From contig JAAOMT010000678.1 of NCBI GenBank assembly GCA_016748015.1, positions 414,389 through 478,388 on the forward strand: a stretch of 64,000 bases of DNA, in the 5' to 3' direction. Positions 26,231 through 40,288 of the stretch are shown piece by piece. Source of the DNA: Geosiphon pyriformis uo1. Lineage: Eukaryota; Fungi; Glomeromycota. A model generated the notes under the pieces. The model was given only the letters and a program-made list of their open reading frames with translations, made no database searches and was not told the DNA's origin. The translations under genes were made by a program, and so were the position numbers. Numbering within the stretch: the stretch's first letter is position 1; every line of letters begins with the position of its first letter.

Positions 26231-27552
26231 GGTCGCCAGTGTGTTTATAAAAAGGGACAATATTGGTATTATGTACAGAGATAATAAAGTATAGTATATG
26301 GAAAATTAAGGGTAATTTAGAGAAATGCAAAAGCAAAGTGAGAATAGTTTTGTGGAGGGGAAATAGGATCTTTTCTTTAGAAAGGGATGCTCCGTGTTGT
26401 ATGTGTGTTTTGACCAATATACAATAAGATGTTGGCAACAATATCTGAATATTTGTGATGAATGATTAGGATGAAAGAAAGGGAAATTTGAGGAAATATG
26501 AGTTAGAAGATGCAAAAAATATCTATTTCTGGTAAAGTGATGTAGGGATGAAAAGGAGACAATGTTGTGCTGCTATGTACATATATGCTGGTCAAGGGCT
26601 TTTTTACGTTGAAGCAAAGTAGCAGCAACGAAAGGAATCAGTTTTTCGCTGGCTACGGTGGGAAGTTTATATTTGGCTTGCGTTGTTAACTGTTTAACGA
26701 CGGCGGTGGCGGCGACGGTGGAGGAATAATAATAGTAAAAAAGCAGCAATAGCAATAGCAGGTAGCAGCAACAACAACAGAGTTGGTTTAAGGACGGGGA
26801 TAGTGATTGATGGTTGTATTTTTTGATAAGGGTATTTCCACGGAGATATAAAAGAAGGTATAAAAGAAAAGATTAGTTTTCTTTGCTTTTGTGGAGGGAA
26901 ACGACTGTTTGTCGGTATATATAAGAGTGTGGATATATATACTGTCAAAACGAAGCCAAGAACAACCAAAAGCAAACAGCTTACAAGAGAAAAGAATATA
27001 GTTCAAAATATTACTGACCTTTTTAAGGTAAACGACGCGAGATGCAAATGATGTGAAGATGCTGTTGATGATGATGCAAATATTATAATATATAGTGATT
27101 TTGATTAAATGATGATGATGGTGGTGAGTGTTACTAGAATAACAGGTAAAGGAAGAATGATGATACGTTGTTGATGGCGAGACAACGCAGGCGAAGAAAA
27201 AAATCTGGAAAGGAAGAGAGCTGGTTCTCTATTTATGACGATTCAAAAAAGATTATGATTGTGACGATGATGAACTTTGGGCGGCGTCAGTGGTATGTTT
27301 ATGTATTCTTTTTAGGAAAAAACGGGGCAGAAGCAACACTAGGAAGTTATTTCCAGTCACAGAGTAGCCAAAAGGAAAGTAATAATCATTCGACAATATA
27401 CCACAATAGAACAAGCGGGATTAATAATATAAAAAGACGCCCATCAGAATTGGTTTGACAAACGAGTACAATGGAAAAAACGGGTATAATATGATTTCCC
27501 GTTTTTATTATGTATATACGGTGTTCAATTATTAATTATTATAGAGTTTTGT

Positions 27553-27571
27553 TAAAAAAAAAAAAAAAAAG

Positions 27572-27628
<57 letters not shown>
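27553..27628. repeat. Long poly(A) tract
   Basis: About 75 nt of near-pure A. Confidence 0.9.
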
Positions 27629-27630
<2 letters not shown>

Positions 27631-29501
27631 TACCTTGTGAAAAAAGGGGGCAAAGGTGATACCAGAACAAAATATCAAGTAAGAATAGGAGCGCATATTA
27701 TTTTATAAAACCGTAAAGCTTTACATTTTTTTTTTCGGGGTGAAGAGGGGTTTCGATTTTCCTTGATTGCTTGCTTATTTGATAGTATCACGTTCAATCA
27801 AGATAACTTGGACAAGAATTGGGTTATCCAAAGGTAGATCATTTTGAATTAATTTAGTGTCTTTGGGATTCTCAGAGTGTTGTGGCTACGATAAATCTCT
27901 GATTTCGGATTGGATAGACTCAACATGTGTAAATTATGGGGGCCTCCGTGATGATCCGATAATATAGAATTCATGCCGCCTTATGGTCACGTATGGCTCG
28001 CCAGAAAGATGGCTGCTGCCCAATATCAGTAATGCCACAAATCAAGAAGAACTCACTAGCCATGCACAGAAACTTGAAACTTTCTCGTTTCCTGGAGGGA
28101 CTTTTTTTTTCTCCATGATTAGATTAATTTACAGGGATTGCATGTTTGAGTGATTCTTTGGCAACGGGGTACATTGTAGCACTTTTGATAAAGATAGTTT
28201 TGCGATGTTGAACCTTGATAATATCTTACATATTGAACGACAGAACCCAGGTTGAACAATTATTATACTCACCGAAAGAGGATATATTGTAATTTTTTTT
28301 GGATGAAACGACATAATTTACTGAAATGCCATAATCCGATTCTGATTCATGAAGAATTAAATGATAAAGATAAGATTCATGTATTTTTCTCTAACATTTT
28401 TGAATAATTATATCAATCACTCTAAAAACTAACATTATATAATATTAAGCATCCCTGAAATTAGATCTTGAAAGGTAATTTATTTTTTTCAAATTAAGAT
28501 GATTTCTTGTAATTAAACGGTGAATAATTCATTAACGGTAAATTAGAATTGTGAAAGTATTTCCGGTGTTGCCAATATCCAGTTTAAGCAAAAATTTTGA
28601 AGTAAAAAATCTCTCGCGACGCACTGATTCCCAATTGAGTTTTGTTTATTTTCCTTTTCGAAAATTTTTGAATATTAATTGCAGAATTCAAAACGACATG
28701 CGTTAATTCATGATTAGAATAATAATAAATTATATGAGGGATATATTATCAGTTCAATATCATTCCAAAAAAAAAAAAAGAAGAAAAGAAAATAAAAGGC
28801 CAATAAAAAGGATTTTGAAATTTCCAAAATTTATTCGTAATGAATTTCAAGGTCCAATTTTTTGATTTGAATGCTGATAGAGAGAAATAAAAAACTTTAG
28901 AGAAAAATTATGATGATGGATCATATTAACCATTGTCTTTAACAATGGCAAGCACGATTTCTCCGAAAAAAAAAAATGAGCACAATCAAAAATATTCCAA
29001 AGGGTTGAAATACAATAAATACTTCAGGCTTTCTCCCGGATCACTTTCCTCCAATTTTAAATGATGATCTTTAGCCTTTTATCCAATTTCGTGTGGATTC
29101 AGTAAATTTTTTATCATAAAAAGGAATCGAGATTTTCATTCAAATTCATTCAGGTTCATTCAAATCCGAGTAGGGTAACAATAGCCAAACAAATAATACT
29201 ATAATTTCCCAAAAATCATATTGATATTATATTAAATTTCAACAACACAATACTTACATTATTCTTCTCGGGATATTTTGAGCATATCTGATTGTTATTA
29301 TTCTGTGCGTGTGCTGCAAGGTGCTGCAGGTGCTTGAAGTGGTATTTCGTTACCAAGAACCACCTTTTTGCACAGGATTTACAGTTAAATTTTCAAAGTT
29401 ACACATACACACATATACACATGCACTGTACTACAGTCTATATTTTTCATTGTTAAACTTATCCCATAATAACAAAATCCTGCCTCAAATACTTACATAT
29501 C

Positions 29502-29532
<31 letters not shown>

Positions 29533-30319
29533 GTTTTTATTATTATTATTTTACATTGTATGCGCACCTTTCTTTTCTGGCTAATAAGTCGCGTCGAAAA
29601 TTCTATTCAAGGAGTTTTATCAAAAAATTTTTGAACGGTTCGTAATAAAAGAGTGTGAATTAAGAAGTAAAACGTGAAAGTGATGCATCAAGGGTAATTG
29701 TGATAATTGTGGTAATTTTTTAACAATAATTATTATCATAATAAAACTCCGTAATAATGAGATATAAATAAAACTACCCTTACCTTCATTACTTCATTAC
29801 GTCATAATTATGAAATAATAATTAAAGAATTTTAGGAGAGAAAAAGATGTTACCCTTAAAAGTTTTCTTTATATAAAACTCTATTGAAAAAGTGGGTTTG
29901 AATTCCTCAAAAACAATTATCTAAATTGGTCTTGGACTCCTGGAATTAAAGGTTCATTTATCAAGCAAATAATGGTATGATAAAATACTTGATTTCTTTA
30001 CTCCGTTAAATTTCTTCTAATTTCGAGATTTTTTATGCCCTTCTCAAAAAAAAAACCCATCACATGATTTTATAAAAATTTTTATTAAGTATCCTTAGGT
30101 ATAACGATTTTGAATATTTCTATTCAAATTTTATTTCCTTCTTTCCCCATAATGATAACCACTCTTATTTATTTTAAACTCGCACACAAGGTAACAAATC
30201 ATTAAACAATAAGACACAATTTAATTTCTGACCCTCTCACAAAATACATTGATTTTTTGTTCTTTGGTTTGTCGTACCTTTCGCTCTCTTTATATATTGT
30301 TTAGAGGAGAAAATCTTGC

Positions 30320-30321
<2 letters not shown>

Positions 30322-30416
<95 letters not shown>

Positions 30417-30460
30417 ACTGTCGTTGTTGTTGTTTGTTGTCGTTGTTATTATTGTTATCA
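30322..30460. repeat. Compound (TTA)n(TTG)n microsatellite
   Basis: Direct trinucleotide repeats that produce the spurious poly-N and poly-I/V ORFs. Confidence 0.92.
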
Positions 30461-33007
30461 TAATCATTTAAATTTTATACCTGTAGAAATCAAGTTTTTG
30501 AGTTCATCCTTTATATTGTTCTTTCGACCACATTCTTTCTGATTCGTCAGAACCCTTTTAGGAATAAAGGAGTTGATAAGGCATCCTAATTTTTGTTACG
30601 TCTGTCATGGTCTGTGTGGAATACCAAAAGTTTTCGTGCATGCATAATACGCATCTAATCCTATGATTTTTATTTAACTTGGGATATGATGGCTTCAATA
30701 TGAGTAAGTTTATTTTATATTTGTTTTTTGTGTATTCTTGGGAATATCCTTGTGCTTAACATTTTATATCTAAAAGTAATTCCATTTTCCATAAATTTCT
30801 GCCAGACCTATTCTAATACTGGCTGGTAATTACCCAAAATTGCGTTTTAACAAATAAAAATAGAGATGTTTATTATTTTCGTGTCTGGCTGAATCATCTC
30901 ACGTAAGTAAAAATTACTTGCTTACTGCGCAACATCTATTATTACCACGTAGCAACACAAATATAAAACACGGGGTCATTTAATTAACTTTCACTAGGCT
31001 CGCATATTTACACAATTTTCTCGATATGACACTCAAAGTTGTACGAAAGCTATGAATGATGTTTTTGCCAAATATTTATTAAGTTGTACATTTTAAAAAG
31101 ATCAATGTGTCATTTTTCGCATTGTAAACTTAGAAACTCGTGAGCGGAGATTCCCCCCGGAAAATAGTAACCTTTAATTAATCAGATATATATAAGCCAT
31201 CCAAAAATATATATGATGATGAGAAAAACAAATAGAACATTTTAGGATTGACAATTTTTTATTTAAAATTAACTCTTTTAGAAGCTTCATATCTTAGCTG
31301 CCTAAATGTTTTCCCGAATTATTTGATATGTCTCTTAAAATTTGCATGGGTAAATATTTCAAATTTGTCAGGCTAAAGTTCGTATAACTTTTCACCCATA
31401 TTTGAAAGTAATATAATTTGAATTAGCAACAAATACAGCAAATATTTTAACAGATAAAAATTTGTTTCATTTCTGTTCGAAATAAGAATGTTTGATATGT
31501 TTTGTAAACAACAACTAATATTATTTATTATTATCTTCAAAATTCAACTTTGTTTATTTAATTTAAATAAAAATCAGATTGGCAGTCTTTGAGCTAGATT
31601 TGATCCAAGAATTAATTCTAATTTGTTTTTTGTTACAAAACCAATTCAAAAAATACTCTTTGTAATATTTTAATTGGTGATTAATTTACAAAAATAAATA
31701 AATTTAATTATATTAATTCATATATTGTAATTATAAAATGTTTTTGAATAAAAAATTATTATTAAATAATTAATGAAATATTAATATATTAACATTTTAA
31801 CTTGAATTAATTTTACTAATACAAAACATTATAGTTTATTATAGTTTAAATAAAATTATTTAGTTCAAATAAATTATTAATATTTTATAATTTTGAATTG
31901 GTTTATTTTTTCAATTTGACTTGTTTTATTTGCTATTTTTTACTTGTAAATTTTTTTTTATAATTTAAATACATTAATTAAATTCAAAAATATTAGTCAA
32001 TTATTAACAATTTATTATTTTTGGCCAAAATTATTTAATTAAAAAAAAAATTATTAACTATTAATCTTAAAATAAAAAATAATAAACATATTTTAGATTA
32101 ATTTTATCATTATTTTAAATAATAAATTATATATTTTAAATTAATTATTATATGAAAATTCTAATTTGTAAAATTTGGTTTCAAACTTTTTTAATTTAAT
32201 GTAAAAAAATTTATTATTTACATAAAAATCTTAAAATTAAATATAATGTTATAAAGTATTGAATTTTAAAAAAGATTTCAGTATATATTTTTTGTTTATT
32301 TAATTATCAATTTTATTAAAAATTGCTCAATATTTGATCATTACTTATAATAATTTTTTTGAAATTTAAATTTTAGTTGGTTTAAAAGAATGTAAGAATT
32401 CATATTAAAATTTTATTTCGAATATAATTTTTTTGAACAAGACTCATTTCTAAAAAAAAAATTGGGAAATTAAAAATCATAAAAATCGATTTCGATGTTA
32501 GTAAAACAAAAAATATCAAAAATTTAAAATACACTAATTATTAAAAAGTTCGAAATTTAATACACCAGATATTAATTTTAACATTATTTAAATTGAAGAA
32601 AATCTCAAAATATGATTATTTTATTTAAAACGAAATTGAATAAATTTATTTTCTTAAATAAATTATTAAATAATTACCTTGGTAATGTAAATGTTTAATC
32701 AATTAATTAATTATCAAAGTTAAAATAATTAATAAGGTAAAAAAACATTATTTACATATTTCAATTCAATTTTAATTGTATCTGTAAAATTTATTGGTCA
32801 ATATTTTAATCTTAATTAGTATTATGTAAACATATTATTAATTATTTCAAAGTTTTTTTTATTTTATTGTAAAATTTCAACAAAATAAATTTATAACTTA
32901 TAAATTTAAAATTCAACAACATAAAATATAAAAACAATTTTCAAATTATAATATTTTATATATTTATAAAATAAAAAAATAAACTATAGTTATTATATGA
33001 AATAAGC

Positions 33008-33972
33008 NNNNNNNNNNNNNNNNNNNNNNNNNNNNNNNNNNNNNNNNNNNNNNNNNNNNNNNNNNNNNNNNNNNNNNNNNNNNNNNNNNNNNNNNNNNNN
33101 NNNNNNNNNNNNNNNNNNNNNNNNNNNNNNNNNNNNNNNNNNNNNNNNNNNNNNNNNNNNNNNNNNNNNNNNNNNNNNNNNNNNNNNNNNNNNNNNNNNN
33201 NNNNNNNNNNNNNNNNNNNNNNNNNNNNNNNNNNNNNNNNNNNNNNNNNNNNNNNNNNNNNNNNNNNNNNNNNNNNNNNNNNNNNNNNNNNNNNNNNNNN
33301 NNNNNNNNNNNNNNNNNNNNNNNNNNNNNNNNNNNNNNNNNNNNNNNNNNNNNNNNNNNNNNNNNNNNNNNNNNNNNNNNNNNNNNNNNNNNNNNNNNNN
33401 NNNNNNNNNNNNNNNNNNNNNNNNNNNNNNNNNNNNNNNNNNNNNNNNNNNNNNNNNNNNNNNNNNNNNNNNNNNNNNNNNNNNNNNNNNNNNNNNNNNN
33501 NNNNNNNNNNNNNNNNNNNNNNNNNNNNNNNNNNNNNNNNNNNNNNNNNNNNNNNNNNNNNNNNNNNNNNNNNNNNNNNNNNNNNNNNNNNNNNNNNNNN
33601 NNNNNNNNNNNNNNNNNNNNNNNNNNNNNNNNNNNNNNNNNNNNNNNNNNNNNNNNNNNNNNNNNNNNNNNNNNNNNNNNNNNNNNNNNNNNNNNNNNNN
33701 NNNNNNNNNNNNNNNNNNNNNNNNNNNNNNNNNNNNNNNNNNNNNNNNNNNNNNNNNNNNNNNNNNNNNNNNNNNNNNNNNNNNNNNNNNNNNNNNNNNN
33801 NNNNNNNNNNNNNNNNNNNNNNNNNNNNNNNNNNNNNNNNNNNNNNNNNNNNNNNNNNNNNNNNNNNNNNNNNNNNNNNNNNNNNNNNNNNNNNNNNNNN
33901 NNNNNNNNNNNNNNNNNNNNNNNNNNNNNNNNNNNNNNNNNNNNNNNNNNNNNNNNNNNNNNNNNNNNNNNN
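33008..33972. other. Assembly gap
   Basis: Run of N. Confidence 1.
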
Positions 33973-36948
33973 ATAGTCAAGCAATTACAAAGCTATTAGT
34001 TTTCAGTAAAAAAAAAATCATTTTTAGAAGATTTTAAATTGCTTTAATAATTATTTATTTATTTATTTCTAAATATTAAAATTATTTTTCTGTTATAAAA
34101 TATATATTTTAAAAAAGTAAGCTTTTTTTATATAGTAGTATTTAATGTTTAACACTTTTGTTTTTAAAATACTTGCTAATTTTATTAAGATATATATATA
34201 TTTTATAATTTTTTTTAATATTGAACTTTATTAAAATTTAAGTAGTATCTGTAATTTTTAGATAATAGTCTATTATTGAATTAATTTCATTAGAAAATTA
34301 TTAAATTTCTTATTTTGTAAGCTTTTTAATATGCTAAAATTTTTTTTGTTTTATTATAGTATTACAGTTCAAAATTTTTTTTTTTAACATAGTAATTATA
34401 TTTAATTACATTTAATTATGTATTAACCACTCATATTACATATTTTAGTCACTATTACTAAAGATTTTTGTTCTTTTAGTAATGTTTTTTTTATGTATTG
34501 TAATCTTTAAATTTAACAGATATATATTGTTGCTAAAATTTTTGGCCTAATTTTATTATAATATATTTTTTAAATTGTAAATAAATATTGCAAACATAAT
34601 TCCAAAATTTGTCATTTTAATAAACAATTATTTTTTTGTTATCTTTTAAGCAGTTTTCAGCAATTCAAGTATAATAAATTATAATTGTTTGTGGAAGTTT
34701 CAAAACTTGAAAATTGTGTTTACTGGAACAGCAAAATAATTTGCAAAACCAAATTCCTAGATTCTACGAATACTATTACCTAATTTTTTACGTTTTTGCA
34801 CCTGAAATTCAAATTAAAAGTAAATAAATAACTTGGACAATTATTTCATTTGAATTAATTGTAAATGGCTTTTTTGTTTTATTTTAAAGCATTACTTTAA
34901 TGTTTTTATATTTTTCATCTATTATTTCTCTTCTAACATCGTTTTTAAAAGTATTTCTAAAGCAATTTTAATTAATTTTGGTGAATGTTTTTGGCAACAA
35001 AATTAATTCTTTTTTTGAATATTTAAGATTAAATTCTGTATCAATTTTGTAAACTTTTGGTTTAATTTTTGCTCCATTGTTGGTAAAATATTTGAGTTGT
35101 AATGCTAGTAAATTTTCAAGTAAAAAGATTCTTTTTTCTTCTTTAAATTCAATTTCAATTGAGTTTTTTCAATAAATAATAATATGTAAATTGCATAACA
35201 ATTTGAATATTTCTATTGTAAAATACATTTTTTTAAAAAAAAGCCTTTTTTTATACAAATTTTTATTATACTGTTTTATGTTTTTGAATTTTTTTCTACT
35301 CAGATATTTGTTGATTTTTTAAAAATAAATATAAATTTTAATAAACTATGTATTATTTTAAAGAACCTTAATTAATTTAATTTAAACTGATTAAACTTTA
35401 TTAAACTACTTGAAATCTATGTAAAATGCATAAACTGTAGCTCGCTCGTAAAATGTTAAAAAAAAACAAACAACTGTAGCTTAAACTGCCTAAAATTTAC
35501 TTAAATTACTTAAATTTAGTTTGAACTGCTTGAAATTGCTTTTGTATTAAAAGTTAAAAGTTTTGTATATTTTAATTATAATATTTTACTTTTGTTAATT
35601 AATATAAATTATTTTTAATATAAAAATTGAAATATTATATTAACAATAATTTGAAAAATAAGATAAATAAATTCAGTAAAATAATCAGTAATATTAGGAT
35701 TTAAAATAATCTTTGGTCTAAATTTTAATTATAACAACAATAATTTTGGTCTAATAGTCTGATTTGTAATATTGTTAATTCTTGGCTGATTTCTGTTTGG
35801 TTATAATAACAATTTTAGTAGTAATTATAGCCTAAATTTCAGCTAATCACAGTATTTTCACTTTTAATAACAGCTCAAATTATTCAGCATACCAAAAAAA
35901 TGCTTTAATAACATAGTTAATAAGTTTTAAACATGATAAAAAACAACCAAAAATACATAATATCTATTTTAAACCAAATAATCAATATTAATCAATAGTA
36001 TTTTCATTAAATTATTTTAATAAAAATTTAAGAAAACAACCTAAAAAAATGGTTATTAAAAGAACTTTTGACTAAATGCAAACAAAATTAAAACAATTAC
36101 ACTTTTGTTGTGTATGCTAAGTAATTTTGAGGAAACCAAATTTTTTAGCACAATTGCAGAAGTAATTGAAAAGCAAGACATAAATATATTTTTTATTCTA
36201 AATTTTATTGTGAATTCAATTTATTGAAAGATATTAAGAAACAGCCGAATGTTATACCAGAGAAAATTGTGATTATTTATGGAGAGAATTGCAACAAATT
36301 GTATCTTAAAGTCTTAAATATGTGCCTTTAATTACAATTAAAAGATTTTCTAGAAAAACTTGGTGCTATATGAATCTTTATAAAAAAGGAATTTGTGGTA
36401 AACTTGCATAATATGCAGTTAAAAAATACAAGTTTCATGAAAGAATTTAAAAGAATTAAAATAAATAAATGTATAATTTTATTTTAATTAATAAAATCGT
36501 TTTTATATGACTGAAATTACATTCCAAATTTCGGACTGATAATCAAAACTTGATGACTTCAAATGTCTTGCACCATATAATATTTTATGAATATTTAAAA
36601 TTTGTTGATAAGCATAATAATAAACATTAATAAAACTTGAAAACAATAAAATAAAAAATTTAAGTCAAAATATTAAAATTTTAACCATAACATATGACTT
36701 AAATTAAATATAATTATTGTCCAATATTTTATTTTAATAAATAATCAAAATTTTTAATGTAAAAATATAAATGCAATAATAACTTTAAAAATTATTTTGG
36801 TATATTCAAATTAACAATTATATTAAACAGGGCATACTGCAGGGGTTATTTAACAATAGCGACTTTGTTACCTAAATAGTAATTTATACAGAACCAAACA
36901 TATATTAACGCCATATCTTCCCAAACCATAACAAACACGCAAAACACC

Positions 36949-38660
36949 ATGGTCACTGTTGAAGAGATCAAACGTGAATTAGAGGTGGCTAATGAGAAAT
37001 GCGTGAAGAAGCTAGATAGTTTAAGTGAAGTAAAGAAGAATTTGAGAGAGGGGAAGTTTGAGAACGAAATAGAAAAGAATTGGTGGATAGCAGAAAAGGA
37101 AGAGCTGGAAGAAGAAGCAAAGGATTTAAAAGTAAAAAAGAACGAGTGGGAGGTGCAGTTGCAGAAACTAGAAATTGCGTTGACAGAAAAACATACAGAT
37201 AAAGACTTTCTGACTCAGGCGTTGGGGACATAGAGTCGTGTGTACATAGACATAGTAATATGGTTTCTTCTATTATGAATTTATCAGGAGAATGTTACTA
37301 TGACCAGAATTGACTTTTTCTAGTTCTCAGCTTGGAAGAGGTGCTTTCGTGTATTCCACCACCCGTAACATATTCTCCGAAATGTACTATATCGAAAACT
37401 AAGAAGGTCAATGATGACCCGCTAACAAATGTAATGCTTTGGGACGACTTTTTCGATGAAGTGAATCGCTTCCGCTTCGATCAGCAACCGAGATTTGAGA
37501 GACCCCAATTCATCCGAGATAAAGTGGTATTAAGTGAAGAGGATGTTCGTCTTGCTATTGACGTCAATATTTGTATGGTGTTAAATAGGCTTATGGGGCA
37601 AGGATGGTTTTTTTGAGGCAACCAACTCATACTCCTGGCATATCGGATTTCAACTGCTATTCTGTGGAATTATTGATCCTGGTGATTGAGAAGATGAAGC
37701 ATATTTTGGAAGATATCGATGAAAGAACATTTCCCGAGTTTTATCAACCAAATGAAAAGGCAAGAATGGTGATTCAAGAAATTTACAATTATATGGGAGC
37801 AAATGAGCTTAGATATGATATTCTCAGCACCTATGATAATCATTGGTTTCTACGCCGAAAGCATACAGAGCTTTGGATTTCAAACACCCTTGCATTACAT
37901 TGAAAATCTCCAACGGTGCTCAAGGAATATGCTTATCTAGCTCGACAGGCAAATGACAACCCTAATTCCCTTCACCCACTTCAGGTAGCGGTACAAGCTC
38001 ATGGGAGATCACACTCAATATCATTTTCCAGCTCCTCATCAAATCAACAACCAACTTACGGCACCTTGACGGATCAACAATTATCCCCCAAACACCTCTG
38101 TAAGCCAGCAAGATTTTAGCTTTGCGGACTTTAACTTTAAGAACATACTAAGTAAAGGACGGGGTAGTAAAACGCTCCTATGTGAGTTTCGTGGTTATAT
38201 GATTGCTTTGAAGAGTGTTGACTTAGCAAAAGCCCCACCATATGTACTAGAAGAAATGCAAAAAGAAGTCGAGATTTACAAAGACCTCGCTGATATTCAA
38301 GGCAAGTATATCCCAAAGTTGGTCTGTTATGGATATTATGGAGGAGTGATGAGCTTTGTTATTGGCATGACCATTGTTGGGACTGCATTGAGTAAGCATA
38401 AAATAACGAAACAGCAAAGGTCAAGGCTCTTAAGGCATTAGAAGCAGTTCATAACCATGACATTCTCCAGAATGACATTCGGGAGGAAAAAATTTTAATT
38501 AATGATAGTGGAGACATCTACTTGGAATGGCAAGTCGGACAGACACAAAAAAGGAGCAAAAGCTTTTAAAGGAAGAACAGTTGAAATTATCTCATTTGTT
38601 AGATAGTTATACTGTCAGTTCCCAAGAATCTGTAACTGTACAGAGAATATAACTGTAGAA
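36949..38660 (+). pseudogene. Crinkler-type coiled-coil + PD-(D/E)xK REase-like + protein kinase gene, frameshifted
   Basis: GISDFNC..LVIEK..IQEIYNYM..YDILSTYDNHWFLRR (REase-like); IALKSVD, EVEIY and VHNHDILQNDIREEKIL (kinase catalytic loop); several frameshifts and a stop. Confidence 0.78.
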
Positions 38661-39589
38661 ACGGTTTTTTAAAATTATGAAATACTATAGCAATAAATAC
38701 AGTGTGTAACAAAAATGATAATTTTGTATTTGCCCATTTGTTATTTAATGTGTTTTATTTATTCTGCCATTTTTGTTAAAATTTAATATAGTTATGTAAA
38801 AAGGAATTTTCAAGTTTGGAACTTATTGTTGGTATTTTACTTGACTTAAACCATACCAGAATAAAATTTTATAACAGAAATCATAATATGTAGATTTTAA
38901 CTAAATACAATTTATTGTGATTTAACTATTGACAGAAATTATATAAAATTTTATATCAACTGTTAAAATATAAAAAACCAAAAAAACTAAATAAAATAAA
39001 CAAGACAAGATTAATCTAAGTTTTTGTTTTTATAACTGGTTTTAATTTGCTTAACATTATTTTCTTTTTAAATAACATTTTCCAAATAAAACAAATTTGT
39101 TTAAATATTGAATATAATATTTATAAACCAGTTTTGGTAAATTTGTTATATTATTTGCAAACTTTCAAAATAGCATCAAAAATAAAATAATTTTTCTAAG
39201 AAACCAAATATTTAAGCTGTTTACCATTTTAAATAGTTACCAAATTTTTAAAATTTAATAATATAATTATATAACTATTTAATAAATAGAATAATTTCAA
39301 CTGTTTTTTTTCAAAAAACTTTTTTATTGTATCTATCTAATTTGTTATCTCAAAGTTTATCAAGTATATGTTATTTATTTAGTAGTATTATTTGCACTAA
39401 GCTTCCAAAAAACTATTATCTAAACAAATATTTTTTTATTAATTGTATTATTAAAAATATTTATATTTTTATCTGTTTTTAGTTTATCAATTTTTTTATG
39501 TAACCTATTCATATTATTTTTAAAAGTATTAATTTTTTTTAATTGTAATGTAATCATTTTTTAATTTAATATGTAAAGCAAAAAAAGTA

Positions 39590-39790
39590 TTAAGTAATTT
39601 AGTAACCAAAACAACTAAAGTATTAATAAGTTTAACAATAAATTTAATTAATAAAACCAATACAACCAACTTAAATTTCAAAAAAGCCAATTTAAAACCA
39701 ACAACAAAATCTATAATAGCAGTAACAGTCAAAGACATAATAACAAAAAAAACCAATAAAGCAAAAGCCTTAATATAATACAGATTTGAA
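39590..39790 (-). pseudogene. Hypermutated LINE ORF1 relic homologous to 15530-15700
   Basis: IDFVVGFKLAFLKFKLVVLVLLIKFIVKLINTLVVLVTKLL versus VDPAVGSRLNSLEKQISDLAALVKSIVEPVGSLVALVSRLL. Confidence 0.65.
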
Positions 39791-40288
39791 TAAAAACTAA
39801 GGAGAAACAGATAAAAAAATCATGTAATTTAAATTAAATAATTCAAATTTTAACTCTTTTATTAATTGGTTAAAAATATTCATTAATTATTCTAATAGTA
39901 TTGAGAATAGAATGGCGGTTTAAGTATTATTAAATTTAAACTTTATTTTTTTATAGTAAAATTCGAATTTCACTTTTTTTGGTAATTTCAGCACCCATTT
40001 TTCACTATTCATTGCCACATCTCAATAAGCCTCGACAATTTTGCAATTAGAAAAGCCAACTCAAGAATTCATTTTTCATATTCTATATTAAATTTAAGAT
40101 TTCTTTGATAATCTAATACATTATGTTACTTATTAAAGAGTGCTTCTATTTTCATATATTATATTTCATTAAATTTGGAAGCAATCCACAAATTGTTCAA
40201 ATCTGATAAAAAAAATTTTTATTGGCCAGATCTAAGTGTAAATCATTTATTACTGATCAATTTTCCGAAACAAAAATTATCTATTTCT

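Noticed and set aside
26300-28320. GC-richer region with short ORFs upstream of the Whi3-like gene
   Set aside because: No recognisable protein or RNA family; probably a long 5' UTR or promoter, and extra exons cannot be supported.
30237-30542. Poly-Asn and poly-Ile/Val ORFs
   Set aside because: Translations of a microsatellite with no other coding evidence.
34000-36500. Possible degraded DNA-transposon coding sequence with short tandem repeats at 35370-35540
   Set aside because: Too mutated to assign a family or termini by eye.
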